Part shown: positions 26,170 to 36,933 of the stretch, in pieces
Layout of the letters: each line of letters opens with the position of its first letter
Numbering within the stretch: position 1 is the first letter of the stretch
From: an uncultured Salinisphaerales bacterium
Lineage (GTDB): Bacteria; Pseudomonadota; Gammaproteobacteria; Nevskiales; Nevskiaceae
NCBI GenBank assembly: GCA_964535755.1
Contig: CAZHTI010000001.1
Location: forward strand, 20,720-84,719
Direction of reading: 5' to 3'
DNA length: 64,000 nucleotides
The notes under the pieces: generated by a model
Told to the model about the DNA's origin: nothing
Database searches by the model: none
What the model saw: only the letters and a program-made list of their open reading frames with translations
Made by a program: the position numbers and the translations under genes

Positions 26170-26337
26170 CTACTCTGGCTTTTGCGTCTTACTCACCGCA
26201 GCCATCACGCCAAGCCCGATGGCGATAGCCGCACCCACCAGAATCCAAGTCATCGACGCGCCGAGCAGATGAGCGCCGTAGCCCGCACCGGCAACGACGA
26301 TCACGACACCGAGGAGAAAGATAAATAAGTTAGGCAT
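26170..26337 (-). CDS. Small (55 aa) two-helix membrane protein, hypothetical
   Basis: Not in the ORF track (below its length cutoff). Read from the sequence: MPNLFIFLLGVVIVVAGAGYGAHLLGASMTWILVGAAIAIGLGVMAAVSKTQKPE. Directly downstream of the class I fumarase gene on the same strand. Coding status unproven. Confidence 0.4.
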   Translation of the reverse strand: MPNLFIFLLGVVIVVAGAGYGAHLLGASMTWILVGAAIAIGLGVMAAVSKTQKPE

Positions 26338-26376
26338 GTCCGTATCCCTATAGCGCCGCTCTTGCGGCGCTGGGGA

Positions 26377-27912
26377 TCATGCCGAGACAACCTTAATGCC
26401 AGCGAACTTGCCCTGCCATTGCTTGGGGCCAGTCTCGTGCACCGAAGTGCCTTGGGCATCCACTGCGACGGTGACGGGCATGTCGACTACGTCAAATTCG
26501 TAGATCGCTTCCATGCCGAGGTCGGCAAAGCCCAGCACCTTGGCACTTTTGATTGCCTTGCTGACGAGGTAGGCAGCGCCACCCACCGCCATGAGGTAAG
26601 CGCTCCGATGCTTCTTGATGGCTTCAATAGCCGTCGGCCCACGTTCCGCCTTACCTACCATGGCGATCAGGCCGGTCTGCGCCAACATCATCTCGGTGAA
26701 CTTATCCATCCGGGTGGCGGTAGTCGGGCCTGCGGGGCCGACGGCCTCATCGCGCACTGGGTCAACTGGGCCTACGTAGTAAATGACGCGATTGGTGAAG
26801 TCCACCGGCAGTTTCTCGCCCTTGGCCAGCATGTCTTGGATGCGCTTATGCGCGGCGTCTCGGCCCGTCAGCATCTTGCCGTTGAGCAGCAGGGTTTGGC
26901 CGGGCTTCCAGCTAGCGACTGCCGCAGGCGTGAGGGTGTTGAGATCCACTCGCGTGGCTTTTTCGGTATCGGCCTGCCAAGTGACGTCGGGCCAGTCTTC
27001 GAGCTTGGGCGTTTCGAGCACCGCTGGGCCTGAGCCATCGAGCTCAAAATGCACATGGCGGGTGGCGGCACAGTTGGGGATCATCGCCACCGGCAGCGAC
27101 GCGGCGTGGGTGGGGTAGTCGATGATTTTCACGTCGAGCACGGTGGTGAGGCCACCCAAGCCCTGCGCGCCGATTCCCAGTGCATTGACCTTTTCCAGCA
27201 GTTCCAAACGTAGCTCTTCGACGCGCGACAAGGTCTCGCCGCGCGCTTTCTTTTCCTTAACTAAGTGGATGTCCACGGGTGCCATGATGGCCTCCTTGGC
27301 CATCACCATCGCCTTCTCGGGTGTACCACCAATACCTAGGCCCAAAATGCCGGGCGGGCACCAGCCAGCACCCATGGTCGGCACCGTCTTGAGTACCCAA
27401 TCGACGATGGAATCCGACGGATTGAGGCAGACCATCTTGCTCTTGTTCTCGGAGCCGCCGCCCTTCGCCGCACAGGTCACTTCCACATGGTGGCCAGGCA
27501 CGATTTCGTAGTGGATGACCGCAGGCGTGTTGTCTTTGGTGTTGATGCGTTTGCCGGCAGGGTCGGCCAGCACAGAGCCGCGCAGCTTGTTGTCGGGGTT
27601 GAGGTAGGCGCGGCGCACGCCCTCATTGACCATGTCCTGCACGGACATCGTCGCATTCCAGCGCACGTCCATCCCCACCTTCAAAAACACCACGCAAATG
27701 CCCGTGTCTTGGCAGATGGGGCGCTTGCCTTCTGCGCAGAGGCGGGAGTTGGTCAGGATTTGCGCAATGGCGTCTTTTGCTGCTGGCGATTCCTCCCGCT
27801 CATAGGCCTCACCTAGGGCTTGGATGTAGTCCAAGGGGTGGTAATAGCTGATGTGCTGAAAGGCGTCCGCGATGCTTTGGATGAAGTCGTCTTGGCGGAT
27901 GGTGGTGGTCAT
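26377..27912 (-). CDS. Class I (Fe-S dependent) fumarate hydratase
   Basis: ATG at 27912 (M9 of the track ORF). ~511 aa single-chain FumA/TtdAB-type protein with CQDTGI, GGGSENK and GPTTATRMD motifs. Confidence 0.92.
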   Translation of the reverse strand: MTTTIRQDDFIQSIADAFQHISYYHPLDYIQALGEAYEREESPAAKDAIAQILTNSRLCAEGKRPICQDTGICVVFLKVGMDVRWNATMSVQDMVNEGVRRAYLNPDNKLRGSVLADPAGKRINTKDNTPAVIHYEIVPGHHVEVTCAAKGGGSENKSKMVCLNPSDSIVDWVLKTVPTMGAGWCPPGILGLGIGGTPEKAMVMAKEAIMAPVDIHLVKEKKARGETLSRVEELRLELLEKVNALGIGAQGLGGLTTVLDVKIIDYPTHAASLPVAMIPNCAATRHVHFELDGSGPAVLETPKLEDWPDVTWQADTEKATRVDLNTLTPAAVASWKPGQTLLLNGKMLTGRDAAHKRIQDMLAKGEKLPVDFTNRVIYYVGPVDPVRDEAVGPAGPTTATRMDKFTEMMLAQTGLIAMVGKAERGPTAIEAIKKHRSAYLMAVGGAAYLVSKAIKSAKVLGFADLGMEAIYEFDVVDMPVTVAVDAQGTSVHETGPKQWQGKFAGIKVVSA

Positions 27913-28024
27913 GGCGCTCGTGGCTCGGCAGGGCAATGTGGGTGCGGACGTCGCGGTACAAATGCAGGCGCGGGATTATCAGGGATTCCCTAGCCCATCG
28001 CGCGGCAGATGCGTGCCAGAAGCG

Positions 28025-29416
28025 CTAGGCCAAGCCACCGCGAATCAGTCGCGCAGGGTCCATTAGGCGTGCCAGTTCGGCCTCAGCCATGCCCGTCACC
28101 TCGACCGCAACCGCCAGCACGCTGCGACGCTCGGCAAGGGCTCGGCGGGCAATCAAGGCACCTTGCTCGTAGCCGATGTGGCGATTCAGGGCGGTGACAA
28201 TCACCGGGTTCTGCCAAAGCTGCTGCGCCAGTCGCTCCTCATTCACGACTAGGCCATCAATGCATTGTGTTGCTAGCAAGCGACAAGCATTCGCCAGCAA
28301 CTCAATGGATTCGAGCAGATTGCGGGCGACCAATGGCCACATCACATTGAGCTGGAAGTTACCGCTCTGCGCGGCGATGGTGATGGCAGCGTCGTTGCCG
28401 ATGACTTGCGCTGCGACCATGCAACAGGCCTCTGGGATCACCGGGTTGACCTTGCCCGGCATGATGCTGGAGCCCGCTTGCAGTGCCGGTAGTTGAACCT
28501 CAGCAAGCCCGCAGACCGGCCCTGAGTTCATCCAGCGTAGGTCGTTGCTGATTTTCATCAGGCCTGTTGCCAGCACTTTGAGCTGGCCGCTCATTTCAAC
28601 CGCTGCTTCCACCGTCGCGAGTGCTTCAAAGCGATTCGGGTTGGCACGCAGTGCCAGCCCAGTGCGCTGGCAGAGTAGTTTGATCGCCGCTGCGGCGAAC
28701 TTTGGGTGGGCGTTCAGGCCGGTGCCGATCGCCGTGCCGCCAAGTGCTAGCCGACGCAGGCGCTTTTGGCTGTCGGCGATGCGCAGCAAGGCATTGCCGA
28801 GTTGCGCGGCCCATGCGGAGAGCTCCTGCCCCAAGCTCAGCGGCACCGCGTCCATCAGGTGCGTGCGCCCGGTCTTGACGATTTTCAGCGCGCTTTTACT
28901 GCGGCGCTGAATACTTTGGTGCAGTTGCTTCAGCGCCGGCAGCAGGGTTTCTTGCAATGCCGACTCAGCAGCAATGTGCACGGCGCTCGGGAAGACGTCA
29001 TTGGAAGACTGCCCGCAGTTGACGTGGTCATTAGCGTGCACCGGCTTGCCGTAGCGCTCCGATGCCAGCGTCGCCAGCACCTCGTTGACATTCATATTGC
29101 TGGAGGTGCCCGAGCCGGTTTGGAACACATCGACCGGAAACCACTCGGCGGATTGGCGCTCCAGCACGGAGTCGGCAGCCTGCACGATGGCGTCAGCGAT
29201 GCTCGGTTCGAGCTGCTGCAAGCCGGCATTAGCGCTGGCAGCTGCTGCTTTGATGTGCAGCAGCGCGGCAACCACCCGCCAAGGCAAGGGTTGGCCGGAG
29301 ATCGGGAAGTTGCGCACAGCGGCTGCGGTCTCTTTACCCCAAACCGTGGGGCCTGCCTTGGGAGCCGCCCGCTTGACTGGCCTAGGATTTGCTAACGCAT
29401 CAACAGGCTTTGGCAT
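28025..29416 (-). CDS. Class II fumarate hydratase (FumC/aspartase superfamily)
   Basis: ATG at 29416 with GGAGAG upstream. QTGSGTSSNMNVNEV and the fumarate-lyase signature GSSIMPGKVNP. The N-terminus is atypical (lacks the usual E.DSMG segment). Confidence 0.85.
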   Translation of the reverse strand: MPKPVDALANPRPVKRAAPKAGPTVWGKETAAAVRNFPISGQPLPWRVVAALLHIKAAAASANAGLQQLEPSIADAIVQAADSVLERQSAEWFPVDVFQTGSGTSSNMNVNEVLATLASERYGKPVHANDHVNCGQSSNDVFPSAVHIAAESALQETLLPALKQLHQSIQRRSKSALKIVKTGRTHLMDAVPLSLGQELSAWAAQLGNALLRIADSQKRLRRLALGGTAIGTGLNAHPKFAAAAIKLLCQRTGLALRANPNRFEALATVEAAVEMSGQLKVLATGLMKISNDLRWMNSGPVCGLAEVQLPALQAGSSIMPGKVNPVIPEACCMVAAQVIGNDAAITIAAQSGNFQLNVMWPLVARNLLESIELLANACRLLATQCIDGLVVNEERLAQQLWQNPVIVTALNRHIGYEQGALIARRALAERRSVLAVAVEVTGMAEAELARLMDPARLIRGGLA

Positions 29417-29530
29417 TTGCGGGCTCTCCAATGCCCCGGCAGGCCGCGTCTCCAGTGCCGTAGGCTAAAATGTTGCAGTGCAGCGATTCCTGAAGATGTA
29501 CGCCATCGATCAGGCCCTGCGCTGAACTGA

Positions 29531-30957
<1,427 letters not shown>

Positions 30958-30958
<1 letters not shown>

Positions 30959-31515
30959 TGAATGATTTTTTGCCAGATGAAACGATCCCCGCGCACGGCC
31001 TGACGCTGACGCTGCCGCCGCAAGCGGCAGAAGCCACGAAGCCGGGGGAGGTCGTCCAAGGTGCTCTGGGCTTCAGCCAAGCCGCCAAACTGGTCGTCAC
31101 CAGTGGCCGATTCGGCCTGTGCATCCTCTCGCATGAGCTGGATGCGAGCCTCTATGGCACGCCGACTTTCGTGGAGGCAGTGAAGCTCCTCGTGCTCACG
31201 CAGCGGCAATCCAAAGTACGCATTTTGTTGGCAGAACCGAGTGCCCGCCACAAGGCAGCACAGGCCTTAGTCGAGCTTGCGCGCATCGTCAGCAGCCGCA
31301 TTGAGCTCCGTGAGCTAGCTCTTCAGCGCCCTACTGAAGTCGCCGAGTTGGTGATTGCCGATGGTCGTGTGCATGTTGAGCGCAGAAGCAGCAAAGACGT
31401 GCAGGCCTACTACTTTGCCCAAGCGCCGCTGATGGCCCAAGAGCGCCAGCGCCTGTTTGATCGGCTTTGGGAGCAGGCCACGCCCAGTGCGGAACTGCGG
31501 CGGCTGTCCATTTAA
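30958..31515 (+). CDS. Hypothetical protein, translationally coupled to purB
   Basis: 185-aa ORF. Its ATG overlaps the purB TAA by 1 nt (TAATG). No family recognised. Confidence 0.55.
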
Positions 31516-31713
31516 ACGCGGCAAACCATTGCTTCTAGCTCTAGGCGCTGTGGGCCCCGCAAGCGGTACTGATTCGCCCGACTTCCCGACCTAGCTCGGC
31601 ATCGCTGTCGCTCAAGATTGCCGGTTGCGGAGCCCATCATTGCCGCCGTAATGCAGCCGGAACCACCGTCGCGGCGCGCTGCTCTAAGCCCTTCCTCCAT
31701 CGCCAGCTCGCCC

Positions 31714-33561
31714 ATGCAACGCCTACTGATCGCCCTTAGCCTATGGTTCGCGGTTTTACTTCCGGCTCAGGCCTACAGCGTCGTCAACGGGCAAATCCGT
31801 GACACCAACGGGCAAGCGGTTGAGTTGCGGGGCATCAATTGGTTTGGCTTTGAGACTGAAACCCTCGCCGCCCACGGCCTCTGGAAGCGCAATTGGAAGG
31901 AGCTGATTGCCCAGATCAAAACCCTCAACTTCAACGCCGTTCGCCTGCCGATTTGTCCTTCTACTTTGCGCGGCGCTGCGGTGTCCGGCGTAGATGGCGC
32001 GCTCAACCCGGACTTGGTGGGGCTTAACTCGCTGCAACTGCTGGATGCGTTCATCAAAGAGTTCGATCGGCAGGGGATTTATGTGCTGCTCGACCACCAT
32101 CGCCCCGACTGCCAAGCGCAGAGCCAGCTCTGGTATACCGACTTCTACTCCGAGCGCGATTGGATCAACGATTTACGCCTGATGGCGGAGCGCTATCGCC
32201 GCGTGGGGAGCGTGCTGGGCATAGATCTCAAAAACGAGCCGCATGGTGTGGCGACTTGGGGCTCGGGCGATAAAACCACGGATTGGAATCTTGCCGCCGA
32301 GCGCGCTGCATCAGAAGTGCTGGCAGTCGCTCCGAACTGGCTGGTGTTCGTCGAGGGCATTGGCCACACCAAGACGTGCACCAACACGCCCGCACACTTC
32401 TGGGGCGAAAACCTAGAGGTCTACGACTGCGCGCCGCTGAATATCCCGCGCCGCAACTTGGTGCTATCGCCCCACGTTTATGGGCCGGATGTGGCGGAAA
32501 TGCCGTACTTCAAAGCACCGAACTTCCCCGCCAACATGCCCGCCGTCTGGGACGCCCACTTTGGCCAGCACAGCCTGCGCGGCCACGCCGTGGTGCTGGG
32601 GGAATTCGGCGGTGGCTACGGCCACTGCGCGACTTTGCAAGACCGAACCTGGCACAACGCCTTGGTTGACTACCTCATCAGCCGTGGGATGACCTCCGCC
32701 TTCTACTGGACGCTGAACCCCAATAGCACGCAAACCGGCGGCCTACTCAAGGACGATTGGCAAACCGTGTGGGAGGACAAATACGCGATGCTGCAAGCCC
32801 TGTTCACCCAAGGCCGCAGCCCACTGCCGCCGCCGTTTTTTGGGCCTAAGGAGGCGAGTGCTTGTAGCCTCGCAGCGCCCCACAAGCCCACAGGTGCTCC
32901 AGCGGGCGTAGGCGACCCCAACTTTGCAGGGCCGAGAAAATCCCTAGGGTTCGTGAAGTTAGACGCCCCGCGCACCGTCGCAGGCCAAGTCTGCCGCGAC
33001 GCGGAAATCCGCAATGACGTGAGCAACCCCATCGCTTGGCAGCTTAGGGTTCGCACGACGGGCGCTGCTGGTACGGTGTCTGAGAACGCCAAGGTCGAGG
33101 CGGCAGACGCAGAGGGATTTTGGCTGCGGGGACGCGGCCGCGATGCCACCTTGGCACCAGGGGAGAAGGCCCGCATCAGCATCTGTGCCGCTCAGGGCTT
33201 TGAAGTTGCGCCGCCGAGCCCTTTGCCGATCAAGCCTGCACCGAGCCCCTCGATACCAGCGGCAGCTGCAAAAAAGCCAACGCCGCCAGCCCAACTGGCC
33301 CCTACCGCAGAGGGCTTTAAGGTGGAGATGGTCAAAGACTCAAGCTGGGAGCAAGGCTACTGCGCCCGCGTGCTGGTGCAGAACCAAAGCAACGAGCTGC
33401 GCGCTTGGCGCGTCAGCCTGCCGGTCCACGGCATAGTCCAAAAAGTCTGGAAGGCTAAATCAGAGCACCGTAATGGCCAGTTGCGCGCCCAAGGCGAGGA
33501 CTACAACCGCGCGCTCAAGCCCAAGGAGTCCACCGACTTCGGCTTTTGTGTGGACTATTAA
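31714..33561 (+). CDS. Secreted GH5 endoglucanase (cellulase) with C-terminal CBM2-like module(s)
   Basis: ATG at 31714 gives signal peptide MQRLLIALSLWFAVLLPAQA. GH5 motifs GINWFGFE, acid/base LKNEPHG, nucleophile LGEFGG. C-terminal WEQGYCARVLVQN...DFGFCVDY resembles CBM2. Confidence 0.85.
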   Translation: MQRLLIALSLWFAVLLPAQAYSVVNGQIRDTNGQAVELRGINWFGFETETLAAHGLWKRNWKELIAQIKTLNFNAVRLPICPSTLRGAAVSGVDGALNPDLVGLNSLQLLDAFIKEFDRQGIYVLLDHHRPDCQAQSQLWYTDFYSERDWINDLRLMAERYRRVGSVLGIDLKNEPHGVATWGSGDKTTDWNLAAERAASEVLAVAPNWLVFVEGIGHTKTCTNTPAHFWGENLEVYDCAPLNIPRRNLVLSPHVYGPDVAEMPYFKAPNFPANMPAVWDAHFGQHSLRGHAVVLGEFGGGYGHCATLQDRTWHNALVDYLISRGMTSAFYWTLNPNSTQTGGLLKDDWQTVWEDKYAMLQALFTQGRSPLPPPFFGPKEASACSLAAPHKPTGAPAGVGDPNFAGPRKSLGFVKLDAPRTVAGQVCRDAEIRNDVSNPIAWQLRVRTTGAAGTVSENAKVEAADAEGFWLRGRGRDATLAPGEKARISICAAQGFEVAPPSPLPIKPAPSPSIPAAAAKKPTPPAQLAPTAEGFKVEMVKDSSWEQGYCARVLVQNQSNELRAWRVSLPVHGIVQKVWKAKSEHRNGQLRAQGEDYNRALKPKESTDFGFCVDY

Positions 33562-33595
33562 AAAGCCCTCTGGCGCAAGCGCTGCGACAGAGGGC
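33560..33595. terminator. Hairpin between convergent GH5 and S8 genes (T-run on the minus strand)
   Basis: aaaaa-GCCCTCTG-(15 nt)-CAGAGGGC: 8-bp stem at 33565-33572 / 33588-33595. The A-run on the plus strand is a T-run following the hairpin on the minus strand. Confidence 0.6.
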
Positions 33596-33655
33596 TGGGT
33601 GCGGCGACGTAGGCCGGATGGCCTAGGCCGGGTTCGAGGTGCTGATGGCCGGCAA

Positions 33656-35377
33656 CTAGGGGGCTTTGGTGCAGAGCGTGAAGCTGCCGGTGCCTGCATA
33701 CGAGGCCACGCGCCAGCGGTAGGTCTGCCTGGACGAGCCGGAGGCATAGTTGATGCTCTCGGAGGAGGTAGCCGTCTCTGAGGCCGCTACCTGCGACCAA
33801 GAGCCGTTGTTAGCGCGGCGCTGCAAGTAGAGGTCAAAGTCAGTCCCAGTAGGGCCTGCGAGTGTCGCGAGCAGTGAGCCGTTAGCACTTGGGCGGAAGC
33901 CAGTGGTGTTCGGCGCGTAGAGGTTCTGGCCGGTTGCGGTGAAATTGCCGGTGTAGGTGGTGTACCCCGTTGGGCAAGCACCCGTGCCGCCGCCACCTGA
34001 TCCACCACCAACGGCGGCTGCTGCAGCAATGGCTGCGGGCGCATCCGCGATACCAGTACCGCACTGACTGCAAGTGGCGGGGAAGGCGCGTGCGGAGGAC
34101 TTTAGTGATGCCTCGACTTGGTCAGGGGTGATCGTTGGCTTGACGGCGTACATCAAGGCAGCGACACCGGCGATGTGCGGTGCGGCCATGCTGGTGCCTT
34201 GAGAGAACCCGTAGCTATCCGCCGCAGGCACCGTAGTGCCAGCGTTGTAGGTGGAGAGCACGCCGTTAGGGTCAGTGCTGCTAGTCATTGACCCACCGGG
34301 TGCTGCGATATCGACAATGCTGCCGAAGTTCGAGTACGGCGCTTTCCCGCCGGAGCGATTGACCGCCGCCACTACGACCACGCCGGAGCAGCTCGCAGGG
34401 CTCTGCGTCGAGGCGTCTTTGTTGGCGTTGCCCGCCGTCACCACCACCGTCGTGCCACGGCTACGCGCCGAGTTAATGGCGGCTTGGCTGGTGGCATCGC
34501 AGGAGCCGGAGCCGCCCAAGCTCATGTTGATCACTTTGGCCGGGTTAGCATTTGCGGGCACGCCGCTGACCGTGCCGCCCGAAGCCCAGATGATGCCGTC
34601 GGCGATATCACTGGTGTAGCCGCCGCAACGGCCTAGGACGCGCACCGGCACGACCTTCGCCCCGTAGGCCACGCCAGCAACACCCGAGCCATTGTTGGTT
34701 ACCGCCGCGACGGTGCCGGCCACATGGGTGCCGTGCCAGCTGGAGTTTCTCGCCGCGCTCCCCGTGCCGCATTGCCCTGCGGTCGTCCAGTCGCCCGGGT
34801 CCTGCGCATCGGAATCTCGGCCATTGCCATCGTTACCGACCGTCGCGTCAGAAATCATGTCGTAACCACCAACGATATTGCCGACCAAGTCCGCATGGGG
34901 GCGATAGCCGGTGTCGAGTACCGCAACAACCACCCCACTACCGGTGGTGGTGTCCCATGCCGTATCGGCGCGGATGCCGCCGGCCGGCTCGAAGTAATGC
35001 CACTGCTCGTTGTAGCGGCTGTCGTTCGGCGTGGCGTCGGCTTGCAAGACGCGGTCTTCCTCAACGTACTCGACCTGCGGATCTGCGGCGATAGCCGCTA
35101 AGTAGCCACGCATCGCCGCCGCATCTAAGCGTTTATCGAGCGCCACGAGCTCTGCGCCGGTACCGAGCGTGCGCATAAACGCGGCGTTCAAGCCATGCGC
35201 GCGGCCTGCATGATCAATCGCGGCAGTGCGGCCCTTGCCGCGCAACTCAGCTGCCGCGCTGGCAGATTTATATTTGACGATCACCCGCTGCTGCAGGCCC
35301 AGCGCAGAAACCGTTTGGGCAAAGCAGAGTGCAGCAAGCGCAAGCGCAAGTCGACGCATTTGGGGGGCAGCAGTCAT
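33656..35377 (-). CDS. Secreted S8 (subtilisin-like) serine protease with pre-peptidase C-terminal (PPC) domain
   Basis: Signal peptide (MRRLALALAALCFAQTVSA) and inhibitor-I9-like propeptide. Catalytic triad contexts VAVLDTGY, HGTHVAGT, GTSMAAPH. C-terminal DFDLYLQ PPC-type domain. Start is 35377 or 35359. Confidence 0.9.
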   Translation of the reverse strand: MTAAPQMRRLALALAALCFAQTVSALGLQQRVIVKYKSASAAAELRGKGRTAAIDHAGRAHGLNAAFMRTLGTGAELVALDKRLDAAAMRGYLAAIAADPQVEYVEEDRVLQADATPNDSRYNEQWHYFEPAGGIRADTAWDTTTGSGVVVAVLDTGYRPHADLVGNIVGGYDMISDATVGNDGNGRDSDAQDPGDWTTAGQCGTGSAARNSSWHGTHVAGTVAAVTNNGSGVAGVAYGAKVVPVRVLGRCGGYTSDIADGIIWASGGTVSGVPANANPAKVINMSLGGSGSCDATSQAAINSARSRGTTVVVTAGNANKDASTQSPASCSGVVVVAAVNRSGGKAPYSNFGSIVDIAAPGGSMTSSTDPNGVLSTYNAGTTVPAADSYGFSQGTSMAAPHIAGVAALMYAVKPTITPDQVEASLKSSARAFPATCSQCGTGIADAPAAIAAAAAVGGGSGGGGTGACPTGYTTYTGNFTATGQNLYAPNTTGFRPSANGSLLATLAGPTGTDFDLYLQRRANNGSWSQVAASETATSSESINYASGSSRQTYRWRVASYAGTGSFTLCTKAP

Positions 35378-35484
35378 GGAAAAACTCCAGTGGGAGGTAA
35401 AGACGAGCACCCTAGTTGGTGGGCGCGCCAGAAACCGAACTTCCGACCAACGATGCACATTTCATGCCCAGGCGGCACTTTCCC

Positions 35485-36795
35485 CTACTTGATCCCTGAC
35501 ATCAGCGCATTGAGTGCTCGGTGATATTCCTGCATTGGGAAGGCATCAGCAGATCGGGCAGCGGCATACAGGGCGTCGATGGCAGCACGCCCCGCGGGGG
35601 AGATCGGTGCACCTTGCGCAGCCAAGGCGTTGGCGAATACCACCGACGCCATCGCGGCTTGTTGTGCGGTCGCAAAATCCCCCGCCCGCGCGCCTCGGCT
35701 TGCGCTGCTGAGACTTTGCAGCATCTGCCGCAGTTGCGTCGCACTGGGCGTTTGTTGCTGCATGCGCGGCAGCACATCCCCGCGCAATTGCTGCAAGAGC
35801 GCTGCTGCTTGCGCCTTTAGGGCTGTCGGCGAGGTTTGTGCAGCCGTCTGCAACTGAGCCACCTGCTGCTGCCATAACCGGCCACGCTCTGGGGCCACTG
35901 CGTGCAGCCACAGCCCAAGCCAATGGAGGTGGGTGTCTGCGAGCGGCACAGCGCCAATCGCCGCAGCGCCATTACGGCCCAGCATCGCCCGTCCTGCACC
36001 CATGGCGTGATGACAGGCGGCACAGTCAAAGTGCACGAGCTCAGGAAACACTCCTTGCTGGAAGCGGCCCTCGGCGAGCCCCTCCAGGTACATCTTGGCG
36101 GCGGCACCCTGCCCGATTTGCCAATCCAACATCCCGCTCTGCCCGCCTTTACGGCGCTGGTAGTCGGCATCGCGGTCGTAATGCGGTGGCTGAAGGCTGG
36201 TGAAGGTGTCCAACTCAAACAGTAAGGGCGGATGCCCTGCGGCCATCATCGCGTGGGTAATTGGCCGCTCAGCATTGCCTTGGTGGCAGCTCAGGCAGAG
36301 CTGTGCGCGCTCAGCACCGCGCCAAGTCGGGAACATCCCCATGCGCTCCTTCTCAGCCAGCGAGAGACCTGGGCGCGTGTGCTCTTTGAGCCAGTTCTGC
36401 GCGCCGCCGTGGCAGGTCTCACAGCCGATGCCGTCGCTGGTTTGGAATTTCGCACCACGCAAATTCTGTGGAACCGACTCGGTATGGCAGGACAAGCAAG
36501 CGCGATCCGTCTGCGGGCTAATGCCGAGTGCTTGGCCGATCTTCCGAGAGCGCTCGGAGCCCAGCGTTGCAAAGGCTTTGCCGTGCACGTCTTGGGTTTG
36601 CCAGATGAAGTATTCGTCCCCGCGAATACCGCTTTCACCGAAGGGGACGGTCGCTGCGTGGCAGGTGCCGCCAGCACAGCTAGCCACACCTTCATGGATG
36701 GCGTCTGCGACGGCCGTAGCGGATGCAATCAGCAGGAGTAAACCCGCCCAGCATGGCGACCACTTAGAGGCTGTGCGCTGCTCTCGTTTCGACAT
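35485..36795 (-). CDS. Periplasmic multihaem c-type cytochrome (4 CXXCH + 1 CX4CH) with haem-free helical C-terminal half
   Basis: ATG at 36795 with GGGAG upstream and a signal peptide (WSPCWAGLLLLIASATAVADA). Motifs CAGGTCH, CLSCH, CETCH, CLSCH, CAACH. The last ~170 aa are Ala/Gln/Leu-rich without Cys. Confidence 0.8.
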   Translation of the reverse strand: MSKREQRTASKWSPCWAGLLLLIASATAVADAIHEGVASCAGGTCHAATVPFGESGIRGDEYFIWQTQDVHGKAFATLGSERSRKIGQALGISPQTDRACLSCHTESVPQNLRGAKFQTSDGIGCETCHGGAQNWLKEHTRPGLSLAEKERMGMFPTWRGAERAQLCLSCHQGNAERPITHAMMAAGHPPLLFELDTFTSLQPPHYDRDADYQRRKGGQSGMLDWQIGQGAAAKMYLEGLAEGRFQQGVFPELVHFDCAACHHAMGAGRAMLGRNGAAAIGAVPLADTHLHWLGLWLHAVAPERGRLWQQQVAQLQTAAQTSPTALKAQAAALLQQLRGDVLPRMQQQTPSATQLRQMLQSLSSASRGARAGDFATAQQAAMASVVFANALAAQGAPISPAGRAAIDALYAAARSADAFPMQEYHRALNALMSGIK

Positions 36796-36933
36796 TTCAA
36801 ACTCCCTTTGCGTCTGTATTCGTGTCCGCGTCACAGTTTATGTGCTCAAGCGCTCGCTAGTCCTTGCACTACGCTGAACCGCACTCTAGGCTGATACTCA
36901 AGAAGCCTCAAGACTGACAGGGAGTGTGGGGGC

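Noticed and set aside
26362-27033. 223-aa plus-strand ORF opposite the class I fumarase gene
   Set aside because: Antisense shadow ORF.
36821-36835. CRP/FNR-like site (GTG...CAC) in the divergent control region of the redox cluster
   Set aside because: cgtgtccgcgtcaca has GTG-N7-CAC spacing and poor half-sites compared with TGTGA-N6-TCACA. Not a convincing match.
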